From a virus, in the IMG/VR virus record IMGVR_UViG_3300026256_000121, positions 10,452 through 74,451 of that record: a stretch of DNA of 64,000 nucleotides; one strand, given 5' to 3'. Position 1 is the stretch's first letter. Each line of letters starts with the position of its first letter. The position numbers and the translations under genes were made by a program. A model generated the notes under the pieces. It searched no databases, was not told the DNA's origin, and was given only the letters and a program-made list of their open reading frames with translations. Below are positions 55,701-64,000 of this stretch, piece by piece.

Positions 55701-56332
55701 GGAAAATAAAATGTATTATTTCTATATTGTGGATCAAACATTTGTGACATAATAGTTACATATGAATGAATATCTGTGTCATCGATTTCAATAAAAGCTC
55801 TATTAACTAACGAACCACCATTACTAATTCCAATAAATTTTATTTTTGATTGGTCAACATTATTGTACCCTTTTAATGCAGTAATTAAATCTCTAAGCAT
55901 TTCCATATCAGGTGCTTTAGAAGTTTCATTTGCAATGTTCCATTCATTTAAATATCCTGTTGGAGCAATTATAATATGATCTCCTAAATAGTTTTTCCAT
56001 GCATCTAAAGTATCAGTACCGTTACTTCCACTTCCATGTAAAAGGATAACTGCTGGAACTTTTTTAGTTGATAATTCTGGAATAGATGGAATTCTAACAG
56101 CTACAGGATATGTATATCCGTTAGGCTCTTGTGACCAAGTTTTAGTTATACTTAAATCTGATGTGTTTTCTAATGTAGGAAAAGGTGCACTACTTAATGC
56201 TGTAGTATCGGGTACAAATAACGATCCAAGATCAGCACTTGAGGGTGCTAACGGTAACGTTAAAGAGGCCGTTACTCTTTCTTCTAGCGTTGCTAGGGTA
56301 TATCCTGATAATTGAGTCCATTGTGGTAACAT
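52793..56332 (-). CDS. Large Ig-repeat (baseplate-like) virion protein with an inserted alpha/beta-hydrolase domain
   Basis: Repeated GTLPPG.L...G.L.G Ig-like units; LLHGSG, GISNGG, HGALD esterase motifs. Confidence 0.75.
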   Translation of the reverse strand: MLPQWTQLSGYTLATLEERVTASLTLPLAPSSADLGSLFVPDTTALSSAPFPTLENTSDLSITKTWSQEPNGYTYPVAVRIPSIPELSTKKVPAVILLHGSGSNGTDTLDAWKNYLGDHIIIAPTGYLNEWNIANETSKAPDMEMLRDLITALKGYNNVDQSKIKFIGISNGGSLVNRAFIEIDDTDIHSYVTIMSQMFDPQYRNNTFYFPTTQTGVTANDYNTASVPFRDKRILTIHGALDTTVPYAGGTAMGVNFLSAQESAFALAKSQGYTGNIIPDGSGVFYGTNDTYYYSYLGGQVTHYKTGNTHTVETYQQEIVRSFMTYVYSTAPDIYLTQGSSTVLALNTSIITLISGTLPPGLRLEDNKLVGTPFEVQRSTEYEFVLRATNSTGIQDRTFKIIVNGPDAPTWTTPEGKLKIGKNNAFYIIDSSIVDFQLEAIDPDLPAGDNLEFYIADGDGTLPPGIRLTSTGRLIGIVDPILALDLRSGSGFYDTTQFDGYPFDFGLKSANGYESYYYDTQGYDTAIETRSPKKLNRFFEFEVSVSDGDTITKRKFVIFLVGDDFLRADNTIMQIGTGIFTADNTFLRTPVWLTPADIGYKRANNYVTIFLDVFDPNTIIGALTYELQQYNDDGSASVFPPGMTLDPVTGEIAGRVPYQPAVTKEYKFTIKARRFTGSNVLMAEKAKTFTVKILGEVESSIEWSTAPSLGSINANFVSTFSVTAKLLDQSIVSKVLYRLTSGTLPPGLTLNYNGELIGKVNQFKMTNTTTGLITYGLSTIDKNLFSLDGSTTTIDRKFKFTIEARDRFGFSAVSREFDITVKDPDNITYSNLFVKPFLKQAQRTLYSNFIGDPNIFTPASIYRPNDPEFGLQKNIKMLIYAGIETKDIREYVARSRMGHSRKRFKLGNLKTAVAKKTGTNDIEYEVIYVEVHDPYDINEKMFDRETFDKVYEDRPKTVRAKHVITNSEKITVDSVEFETMDDVTKEGAGVAVFEILNSQGQRIQVVALGNDLEVITRTGTVIYDANGVIQVELKNGNTISAQKIATTTSDPFRWRPKNTPIKVSSSAIKISDTNDQTRYINNITNMRNQLSSVGKTEGNFLPLWMATAQTNTVQELGFVTAIPLCYCKAGTSAKVLLNITTSGFNFKVLDFEIDRYIIDTTTDNSAEQYIPFGNYAFNV

Positions 56333-56392
56333 ATTGCTTATATCCCTTTACTTACAGTATTTATCGGATATAATGCATAGTTGGTCTGCGTA

Positions 56393-57268
56393 CTAAATGC
56401 TTCGTTGTTCCTTAGTAGAATTTCCAAAGATATACGGATAAACAGGCTGTAAACTTGCATCAACTGATAAGTGATATGCCCACGTACCATTTGGATAGTC
56501 AGGCGTTTTAGAATATCTTCCGTTATGCTGATCTAATGTTCCAGTACTTACTTGATATTCATGGTCATTAATAAAAGTACCCGCGGCTTTTTCTGCGTAT
56601 GTATAACCACGTCCTGTAGGTTCTGTTGAATAATATTGATATGAACTAGTCATTCTAATTACTGACGAAAGTACATTTGTTGGATCTGAATAACCATATG
56701 GTCCATAAATAGGATAGCCGTCAAAACAATAACCTATAATTTTACTATGTCCATCTGTGTGCCTAAACTTGTCTCCACCAAAATCAGTTGCAGTATAATA
56801 AGTTGGTGTTGGTGTCGAACCAGTTAACATTGCCGTACTCCACGCCGCATTTGCTTCTGCTGAACCTGTTGGTAAAAACATAAACATAGCAGAGTTATAA
56901 TGATATTGTCCGTTTGTTTCAGGCCATCCACCGGCATCGTCTGCACCGTAGTTTGATCTAAATTGTACACCATTATATTCAAATCCTGGACCAGTTGCAT
57001 CTGATGTTGGATCTAATCCTGGAGGTACAATAGTTGGACCACATGATGGACTGTATAATACTACTCCGTTATTAGCAATTCCCATTGGTGTTAATGGAAC
57101 AGTTGCTTGTTCATTGGTCGTGTTTTCTCCGCCTCTATACTTAATAGAAAAATTATAAGTTTGTGCTTGAACTGTATTGTTGTTGGGCGTGAATACATTA
57201 TTTCCAAAAGCATTTCCAAATGCCGCCGGATTAGGTAAACCGTTTGATGTAATTGTTAGTGTTGCCAT
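56393..57268 (-). CDS. YHYH-domain protein
   Basis: SNGLP, GIANNGV, YHY, HSKIIG..FDGYPIYGPYG, LDQHNGR motifs. Confidence 0.8.
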   Translation of the reverse strand: MATLTITSNGLPNPAAFGNAFGNNVFTPNNNTVQAQTYNFSIKYRGGENTTNEQATVPLTPMGIANNGVVLYSPSCGPTIVPPGLDPTSDATGPGFEYNGVQFRSNYGADDAGGWPETNGQYHYNSAMFMFLPTGSAEANAAWSTAMLTGSTPTPTYYTATDFGGDKFRHTDGHSKIIGYCFDGYPIYGPYGYSDPTNVLSSVIRMTSSYQYYSTEPTGRGYTYAEKAAGTFINDHEYQVSTGTLDQHNGRYSKTPDYPNGTWAYHLSVDASLQPVYPYIFGNSTKEQRSI

Positions 57269-57278
57269 TTTTATTCCT

Positions 57279-57983
57279 CTAAACTATTGTTCCTGCATCA
57301 AATCCTCTTGAGTCTGGTACTAAGTAACTACCAAAGTCAATATCTATTTGTGCAATTAACCAGTCAATTAAACTTGTTACTGTTCCGCTAAACTCTCCAA
57401 AATTAAATCCCGCAGTATTTGGAGCCATTAATCTAATATCAATACCATGTACTAATCCAGTAACGTTACCGTTGAAAGTACCGTTAAATGTACTTGCTGT
57501 TATTGTTCCGCCATTAGTTACGTTATTTCCACCAGCGTCTAAACTTGCACTTAACTCTGGTGATGCATCTGTTGATAATTCGGTATTAGTATTAACAGTT
57601 AATACATTACCACTTAATGAAGTACTAGCGCCAGTTCCGCCTTGAATATTTAAAGTTTGTCCGTCAGCTAACTGTATACTTCCTGAATCAGAAACAACAT
57701 TAAGTTGTTGAAGTCCGCCTAATGCATTAATAGTAACACCGTTAGTTGAACTTGTTAATGTAATATTAGCGCCTTGAACAAGTTTTTTAAATTGTAATTC
57801 TGCACCAGCTTTTTGATAGTACAGACCTTCGCCAACATTTCCTAAATTTGTAACAGTTGTATTTTCAGGTGAACGTAAATCTAAATCAGCAAAATTTTGA
57901 TTAGTTTTAATAAACGCTTCTCGTAGATCATCTCCACTACCGTCGTTTGCTAATGTTCCAATGTTTATAGTTTGTACAGTCAT
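57279..57983 (-). CDS. Virion structural (fibre/baseplate) protein
   Basis: INIGTLANDGSGDDLREAFIKTNQNF N-terminal motif. Confidence 0.75.
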   Translation of the reverse strand: MTVQTINIGTLANDGSGDDLREAFIKTNQNFADLDLRSPENTTVTNLGNVGEGLYYQKAGAELQFKKLVQGANITLTSSTNGVTINALGGLQQLNVVSDSGSIQLADGQTLNIQGGTGASTSLSGNVLTVNTNTELSTDASPELSASLDAGGNNVTNGGTITASTFNGTFNGNVTGLVHGIDIRLMAPNTAGFNFGEFSGTVTSLIDWLIAQIDIDFGSYLVPDSRGFDAGTIV

Positions 57984-57996
57984 TTTATCTCTCTTC

Positions 57997-59631
57997 TTAT
58001 GTATTTATTCCAGGAGTACTGCTTCCACTAGTGCCTGAATATTTTAATGGATTAGGACTATTATATGGCCAATGTAGAACTCTGTTAGGAGCACCATAAC
58101 GTCTTGGAATACTATTATATGACTCGAAATCAGTAGCTGTGCCTGAATCGTAAGTAGTTGCTGTGCTATGAATTGCAAGGAAATCTTTAAATTGTTGTGC
58201 AGTTCCACCTGGATTCGCTTGTAACCATAATGCTCCAACTCCACAAATTTGAGGTGCCGCCATTGAAGTTCCGCCTATTCGTGCCATATAGTGTGTAGAA
58301 CTTCCTGGATAAAGTTGTTTAGTACCATACCCACTTACTTGACTAGTTGCACTTGAAATTTCAGATCCAGCCGCTATTACATCTATTCTAGGCCCTCTTT
58401 CACTACTTTGTGTTATAAATTCATCACTTATATATGTAGCCTCATCCATGTTTGCTACAAATATAGTATCGTTACTATGTGGTGAACTAGGTCGATTATA
58501 ATATATAGGGGACCCGATGGGTACAACGTTGCCCCATATTTGATCTAAAGTATAATAACTATCATAAATTCCGCTATAATAAGGAGCATTTTCTCCTGCA
58601 CATGGATGATAACCATTGCCGGCCGCTTTAACACAAATTACACCTGCATCTGTTAATTGTTCTTGTTCAACATCAACGGGAGTATACTCCATTGGATGTC
58701 TACTATTAACAGCTCCATATTGATCATCCCCTGAATTCCATACTCTTGGAGTAATATTTTGATTGACACCTTGGTAAAATAGTGTTTGCATTTGAGCATT
58801 ACCAAATGTACCATTTTTATAATACCAACTGTAGCCCCAACTTTGATTTACAATAGTAGGACGTTTAAATCCTGTGTTAGGATCAATAGGTTTATTTTCA
58901 TGCCAAACTCTTATACAGTCAAAAACATCATCGGCGTTTATTGCACTTGATCCACCAAATTTTCTTACAGAATAAATTTTTGCATTCTTGGCCCAACCGT
59001 AGGTATAACCTGCGGCAATTCCTGCTACGTGACTTCCGTGTTCATTTGCATTTCCACCAGATGAATCAGAGTTGGAATAATGAGTTGCAGGCATACAACC
59101 TGGAATAATTGTATTCCAGTCTAGTTGTATAAATCTTGAATTACCTGCGGCATCTCTCCATTCTGGATGTCCTGTAGGATCAACACCATCATCTTGTATA
59201 ACAATATCAACGCCAGTACCATCTAGTGAATAATTATAATCTCCTGTGTATGAATTACTTGCCGCCGCCGAATCATATTCTTTAAGAATGTGTCTTTTTA
59301 ATCCCCAATTAACTGCATCTTGACTATTAGTAGTTGATCTATCAAATTTGGCATTTTGTACTGCATATAATTGTTCTGTTTCAGGATCGGCTTTAGATGA
59401 TACTGTGTGTATCCTTGAATCTTTTGATAATTCAGCCGCCTCGGCATCTGTTAACATATAATGGGTAATTCTATTATTAAATTTCTTAGCATACGCTACG
59501 TCAACAGTTCTACCTGGAACATGAGCACTAGCTGATGCATCACCATCAGTATCTCTTTCTAATTCAGCTTCTACTTCGTCAATATTAATTCCTTTTTTAG
59601 TAACGACAATATAAAGTTTTTCGTCAGCCAT
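57997..59631 (-). CDS. Subtilisin-like (S8) serine protease
   Basis: IVIQDDG, HGSHVAG, AAGN, GTSMAAP motifs. Confidence 0.92.
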   Translation of the reverse strand: MADEKLYIVVTKKGINIDEVEAELERDTDGDASASAHVPGRTVDVAYAKKFNNRITHYMLTDAEAAELSKDSRIHTVSSKADPETEQLYAVQNAKFDRSTTNSQDAVNWGLKRHILKEYDSAAASNSYTGDYNYSLDGTGVDIVIQDDGVDPTGHPEWRDAAGNSRFIQLDWNTIIPGCMPATHYSNSDSSGGNANEHGSHVAGIAAGYTYGWAKNAKIYSVRKFGGSSAINADDVFDCIRVWHENKPIDPNTGFKRPTIVNQSWGYSWYYKNGTFGNAQMQTLFYQGVNQNITPRVWNSGDDQYGAVNSRHPMEYTPVDVEQEQLTDAGVICVKAAGNGYHPCAGENAPYYSGIYDSYYTLDQIWGNVVPIGSPIYYNRPSSPHSNDTIFVANMDEATYISDEFITQSSERGPRIDVIAAGSEISSATSQVSGYGTKQLYPGSSTHYMARIGGTSMAAPQICGVGALWLQANPGGTAQQFKDFLAIHSTATTYDSGTATDFESYNSIPRRYGAPNRVLHWPYNSPNPLKYSGTSGSSTPGINT

Positions 59632-61151
59632 TACTCGCTCCTCATTGTTAATGCTCTATTAGCCGCAAAAGGAAAATAAGCTATTCTATTTGTACCGTTC
59701 ATTAAGCTTCTGGGATTTGAAAAGAAAGTACTTGGAGTGCCTTCGTCTGTTGAACCTTGATGCATTAAGTCTTTAATTGAATTATCATGCCACCACTTAC
59801 GTAATTGTGCAGGGGTCCAGCCTGGATTTAATTGTAATAATAAACAACTCATTCCTGCTACTTGTGGTGTAGACATTGATGTTCCATCACGTTGGTAAAT
59901 TGCTGTATCGTTTGTACTATGAGCACTTACAATATCTGTTCCAGCCGCCCATACGTCAACTCTAGGACCTTTGTCACTACCTTCATTTGTAGCTTCTATA
60001 TTATTGTATAACATACTATCTAAGTTACCTACTACAACAGTATCAGGACCTATGTTACCTGCGCCTCTATTATAATATACTGGATCTCCTGCGGTAATAC
60101 TTCCTGTAGCAACACTTCGAATAATATGATTATCATAATCTATATCTCCAGAATAGCAAAGTTTTTGTTTTTGATTTCCTGCACTTTTAAAATAATGTAC
60201 ACCTTCATCTTGCATTTCTTCAACTTCAGCTTGTAATCCAAAAGTAGCCGCATTAAATCTCCCATTAGTATCACCAATCATTCCAAAGTCTGCACTTTTA
60301 ACACTTCCTACACTAGCACCTCTAAATTGAATATCGGTTATAGAAGTGAAGTTAGCTTTTTTACCCCAACTTGCACTTACTACTGTTGGACGTTTAAATC
60401 CAGTAACTGGATCAACTGCTTTAGCTCTATGAAATTCTTTTATTGCATCAAACCAAAATGCTTGATCTAAACTGAGATAAGGTATATTATAAATTGCAGA
60501 ATTTTTAGCCCAGCCATAATCTTTTCCTACGGCTGTTCCGCAACAATGTGTTGCATGACCACCTGCACCTGTTACATTAGTATAATCAATAGTAGGAATA
60601 GCACCACAGTTAGGAAGTGTATTCCACTGGAAAGGTACTAAACGACTTACGCCGTTTCTGTCTTGCCATTGCTCATGTGTATATCTAAATTTACTACCTT
60701 CTTGATGTATATAGTCTACACCTGTACCGTCTAAATGGTAGTCATAAGTTGTTCCAGCACTAAGATCATTTGTAGTATTAAGCCCCCAAGCATTTGTTTT
60801 AGAAATTTGTCTTAATAATCCCCAATTACCTCTTGTTAAATCATCAACAGCAACTTCTCTAGTCCAATCTGCACCTTGTTCGTAGTCTAACCAATCATCG
60901 GACCATACTTCAGGTACTTCAATGCCGCCAACTCTAGGATCGTTTTGAAGTTTAATTGCTTCCTCGTCTGTTAAGGCTATTTCAAACATACGTTTACTAG
61001 AAGGTCTAGTATTTACGTTGTCTACTTTTCTGTCAGGGATTATATTACTATCAACTTTAGAATCTAAAGTTGTATCTCGATTAAGGTCGTTAATTATTTC
61101 GTCTTTATTAAAGCCCTTGTGTAAAGAAACAACATAATGTTTTTCACTCAT
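59631..61151 (-). CDS. Subtilisin-like (S8) protease paralogue
   Basis: HATHCCG, SAGN, GTSMSTP; Glu at the catalytic Asp position. Confidence 0.88.
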   Translation of the reverse strand: MSEKHYVVSLHKGFNKDEIINDLNRDTTLDSKVDSNIIPDRKVDNVNTRPSSKRMFEIALTDEEAIKLQNDPRVGGIEVPEVWSDDWLDYEQGADWTREVAVDDLTRGNWGLLRQISKTNAWGLNTTNDLSAGTTYDYHLDGTGVDYIHQEGSKFRYTHEQWQDRNGVSRLVPFQWNTLPNCGAIPTIDYTNVTGAGGHATHCCGTAVGKDYGWAKNSAIYNIPYLSLDQAFWFDAIKEFHRAKAVDPVTGFKRPTVVSASWGKKANFTSITDIQFRGASVGSVKSADFGMIGDTNGRFNAATFGLQAEVEEMQDEGVHYFKSAGNQKQKLCYSGDIDYDNHIIRSVATGSITAGDPVYYNRGAGNIGPDTVVVGNLDSMLYNNIEATNEGSDKGPRVDVWAAGTDIVSAHSTNDTAIYQRDGTSMSTPQVAGMSCLLLQLNPGWTPAQLRKWWHDNSIKDLMHQGSTDEGTPSTFFSNPRSLMNGTNRIAYFPFAANRALTMRSE

Positions 61152-61160
61152 AGCTTCTCC

Positions 61161-63521
61161 TTACACTATTGTTAAGTTACCGACCATACCTGCATGACTT
61201 GTACATTGATAAACTAATGCCGAGTCGCTAGTATCATGCTGTGGTACAAATGTTTGTGTTCCTGTTTGTGATCCTGTTACACCTTCTGTAAAGTCAGCGC
61301 CACCGTTACTAACTCTAATAGCAAATGGGTGACTTCCTCCGGCATCATTAATAAAGATGTATGTAAATCCTTTATATAATGTAAAGTTGGGATTATCTGT
61401 TGTTCCATCGATACCAGGTCCTGCAAATCTATATGCAGTTGAACCATTAGCAGTTACAGTATATGTTATAGTTGGTCCACCGGAAGCAATTGTAATATTG
61501 CCCTCGGCATCACTAGTTGTATCAATTCCACTTCCACCAATAAATTTAATGCCTTCGTCTTTTGTAATAGTTCTTAATGTTGAATCGTCAGCACCAACAG
61601 TAAATGAGAAGCTATCATTTGTTGATGCCCAAATACTCCCGTTCCAAAATACTAATTGTTTTTCTGAACTATTGTAAATTATATCACCATCTTGTCCAAC
61701 TAATCCTGCAATTCCATTAGTATCAAATGATCCTAAACGTAAAGGTGACTTTTGTATTACAACGGCATTTGCCGCATCAAAAAGTATATTACTTGCACTT
61801 GTAAATGTTGGTACACCTGTTCCTGATGTTTTTATAATATCAGCTTCAATAGTTCCTGTAGCTGTAATGTTTACACCTGTTAGTGTATCAGTAGTTTTGT
61901 TATATACTAAACCTGCATCGCCACCAAATGTACTTGAATCGTTAAATTGTACTTGTGTATCAGCACCACCAGGTGTTCCGCCGCCACCTGAAGCATTAAA
62001 TGTAATTTCATCATTACTTGTAGTAATGGTCATATTAGTACCAGCGACAAGTGTTAAAGTATCTGTTTTAGTGTCAGCTACTACATCTGTTTGTCCTGAA
62101 ACTGAAATTGTTTTAAATGAAAATTCGTTTACTTCGCCTGATGATATTGAACTCCAACTTAATGTTCCTGCTCCATCTGTTGTAATAACTTGTCCACTTG
62201 TTCCGTCACCGTCTGGTAATGTAAATGTTATATTTGATGTTAAGTTAGTAGGCGCTCTAAATCCTGAATAGTTTGTATTATCAGTATCGTAAAATCTAAC
62301 TTCGTTTGATGTTGCAATTTTTAAATCGCCAGCAAATGAAACTTCGTTTATTCCGTTTGCAATTGCTCCTGAAATATTAAGGTTTGTAGCTTGAAATGTA
62401 GTTGCCGCTACAGTCGGTGCAGAAAGTACAGTTGTTGATGGATTATAAGTAAATCCAGTCTCAGTACTTAATGCCTGCCCATTACTATCACTTGCCGCAA
62501 CAAAAGTTACAAACTGAGTAGTATTACTAGCATCTGGTGCCGCAGTAACAGTTGCCGCATCAACATTATTTAATACTCTAGGTTCCCATTTTGATGTTGA
62601 CGTTTTCCAACTTAGTACGTAATCATTAACAGGTGTTGTTGAAACTGTATCAACATCACCAAGATCATTAATATCACTAATTCCACTTGCAATATTTCCT
62701 GGTCCCCATGTTCCAGCACCTGAATTATATACTAAGCCTTGTCCGTTAGTTGCACCTGCTGTACTTACATCTTGTAAATGAGTTAAATCACCAATAGTAA
62801 ATGTAAGGTTGCCTTCAGCATCACTAGTTGTTGTAATACCTGTTCCGCCGTTAAACTTAATTGATTCATTTGAACTAATAGTTCTTAATGTTGAATCATC
62901 AGCACCTATACTAAATGTAAATGTACTTGTATCTAGTTTCCATTTAAATGATGTAGTAGCATGATCATAATATAAAATTTTATTGTCATCAGTTCCTGTA
63001 ACTGTATCTACGTCATTTAATAGTGTTAATTTTGTTACACCACCAGCATCTGTTTTCCACTTCCAAGAAGTAGATGGATGATCATAGTATAAAACTTTTC
63101 CATCATCGCCTGCTGTAACAGCCGCTACATCTTTTAAATCACTTACTAATTTTTGACTTAGATCTAAACTTGCACCTGTTTGTGCATTTACTCTTGCATC
63201 AACTCTAGATACAGTATAATATAAATTATTACCTTCAGTAATTGATGTTGTAGTAGTACCTGGAGTTAAATATCCTACATCATTAGCAAGTTGACTTACC
63301 GCTGTCGGAAGTGTTGGAATAGTTGGCTTATTTGTTAAGTCATTATAATCACCACTAAACGGATTATTAAATGATACATTATTAATTCGAATATCAGTAG
63401 CATTTACAGTTCCAGCATTAGTGATTCCAGCACCGCCTAAATCAAGGTTATCGCCTACTGGTAATTCCTTTAATTTGTTGCTGTCTAATGTATCAACTAT
63501 AAGTGGTATTCTATTTGCCAT
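61161..63521 (-). CDS. Tail fibre protein with internal repeats and C-terminal cupredoxin-like domain
   Basis: L..L.DV repeats; duplicated GADDSTLRTI...DAEGN block; HPF...YQCTSHAGM. Confidence 0.75.
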   Translation of the reverse strand: MANRIPLIVDTLDSNKLKELPVGDNLDLGGAGITNAGTVNATDIRINNVSFNNPFSGDYNDLTNKPTIPTLPTAVSQLANDVGYLTPGTTTTSITEGNNLYYTVSRVDARVNAQTGASLDLSQKLVSDLKDVAAVTAGDDGKVLYYDHPSTSWKWKTDAGGVTKLTLLNDVDTVTGTDDNKILYYDHATTSFKWKLDTSTFTFSIGADDSTLRTISSNESIKFNGGTGITTTSDAEGNLTFTIGDLTHLQDVSTAGATNGQGLVYNSGAGTWGPGNIASGISDINDLGDVDTVSTTPVNDYVLSWKTSTSKWEPRVLNNVDAATVTAAPDASNTTQFVTFVAASDSNGQALSTETGFTYNPSTTVLSAPTVAATTFQATNLNISGAIANGINEVSFAGDLKIATSNEVRFYDTDNTNYSGFRAPTNLTSNITFTLPDGDGTSGQVITTDGAGTLSWSSISSGEVNEFSFKTISVSGQTDVVADTKTDTLTLVAGTNMTITTSNDEITFNASGGGGTPGGADTQVQFNDSSTFGGDAGLVYNKTTDTLTGVNITATGTIEADIIKTSGTGVPTFTSASNILFDAANAVVIQKSPLRLGSFDTNGIAGLVGQDGDIIYNSSEKQLVFWNGSIWASTNDSFSFTVGADDSTLRTITKDEGIKFIGGSGIDTTSDAEGNITIASGGPTITYTVTANGSTAYRFAGPGIDGTTDNPNFTLYKGFTYIFINDAGGSHPFAIRVSNGGADFTEGVTGSQTGTQTFVPQHDTSDSALVYQCTSHAGMVGNLTIV

Positions 63522-63548
63522 TGTTGTTTCCTATGTTACACATATTTA

Positions 63549-64000
63549 TTATCCCTGATGTACCACGAACGAGAAGTTTCCACTTGCTCCACCGTCTAGT
63601 GATCCAGCTAGAAATTTCTTTACTTGAAACCCTGTTGTAGTTCTATTGTAATATGCTACTGTATAGTCATTGCTACTAGCATTTGTTTGTACTGATAGTG
63701 ATACAATATAGTTTGCACTAGGTAACGCAGTTGTAAATGTAATATCGAATATACCCGTAGATCCACTTGTAACACTAGCAATGTTTAATGCCCCTGTTTC
63801 AACATTTATAGGGGTACTAACATCTACATGGCCAAATGCTTTTACATAAGCCTGTTCATCTGTAATTCCATATCCTGCTATTGTAGTAGGTTTGCTTGTA
63901 ATATCTGCAAAACTAAAAGTAGTATCACCTGCAAGTGCAGTTGTAGCCGATGTTCCTAAAGCCAATGCATCAGTAATTCCGTATCCTGCTACTGTAGTAG
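63549..64000 (-). CDS. Tail fibre protein, 5'-truncated at the window edge
   Basis: PTT.AGYGITD repeats continue to the window end. Confidence 0.7.
   Translation of the reverse strand, partial: TTVAGYGITDALALGTSATTALAGDTTFSFADITSKPTTIAGYGITDEQAYVKAFGHVDVSTPINVETGALNIASVTSGSTGIFDITFTTALPSANYIVSLSVQTNASSNDYTVAYYNRTTTGFQVKKFLAGSLDGGASGNFSFVVHQG

Noticed and set aside
61500-63000. Duplicated GADDSTLRTI...DAEGN blocks as a diversity-generating retroelement TR/VR pair
   Set aside because: Both copies are in-frame within one gene, the differences are not adenine-specific, and no reverse transcriptase is in the window.
1-64000. tRNA genes, CRISPR arrays, introns/inteins, stop-codon reassignment
   Set aside because: Intergenic gaps are short, with no cloverleaf or repeat-spacer pattern visible by eye. 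Core genes are uninterrupted, and TAA, TAG and TGA all end genes. A tRNAscan/Infernal run would be needed to exclude small RNAs formally.

Overview
A 64 kb, low-GC, gene-dense segment of a large T4-like/jumbo tailed phage genome. Nearly all genes are on the minus strand and use the standard code; I saw no tRNA, rRNA, CRISPR array or mobile element. An alphaproteobacterial-type FdxA ferredoxin suggests an alphaproteobacterial host (inference). In order the window holds: (1) a tetraether-synthase (Tes/MJ0619)-like radical SAM gene, a fibre gene and a MoxR/VWA pair; (2) a 7-deazaguanine DNA-modification island (queE, folE, an LxxxHRHxF T-fold DpdL-like gene, a TGT/DpdA-like gene) interleaved with a PRTase, a HIT hydrolase, a glycosyltransferase and sugar-nucleotide genes, next to the sliding clamp, exonuclease and family B DNA polymerase; (3) an ~8.5 kb array of modular proteins with short MK/MR...E leaders and modules bounded by x-x-E, which look like capsid-packaged, protease-processed polyproteins carrying HAD nucleotidase, ParB-like, nucleotidyltransferase, ADP-ribosyltransferase-like, Cys-rich and amphipathic cargo; (4) chaperone and host-like genes (clpA, def, dnaJ, groES, parvulin, fdxA, phoH, thyX, mazG, four 2OG-Fe(II) oxygenases); (5) a lysis cassette containing an acyl-carrier-protein homologue that lacks the phosphopantetheine serine; (6) structural genes, including an esterase-bearing Ig-repeat protein, a YHYH protein, two subtilases and a fibre with a cupredoxin tip. 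I also read out six small ORFs missing from the ORF track (one metallothionein-like), ten near-consensus sigma70 promoters, a TAAATA late-promoter motif with apparently leaderless genes, and a candidate Shine-Dalgarno-sequestering pseudoknot upstream of folE. All homology calls come from motif recognition by eye; no database search was run.
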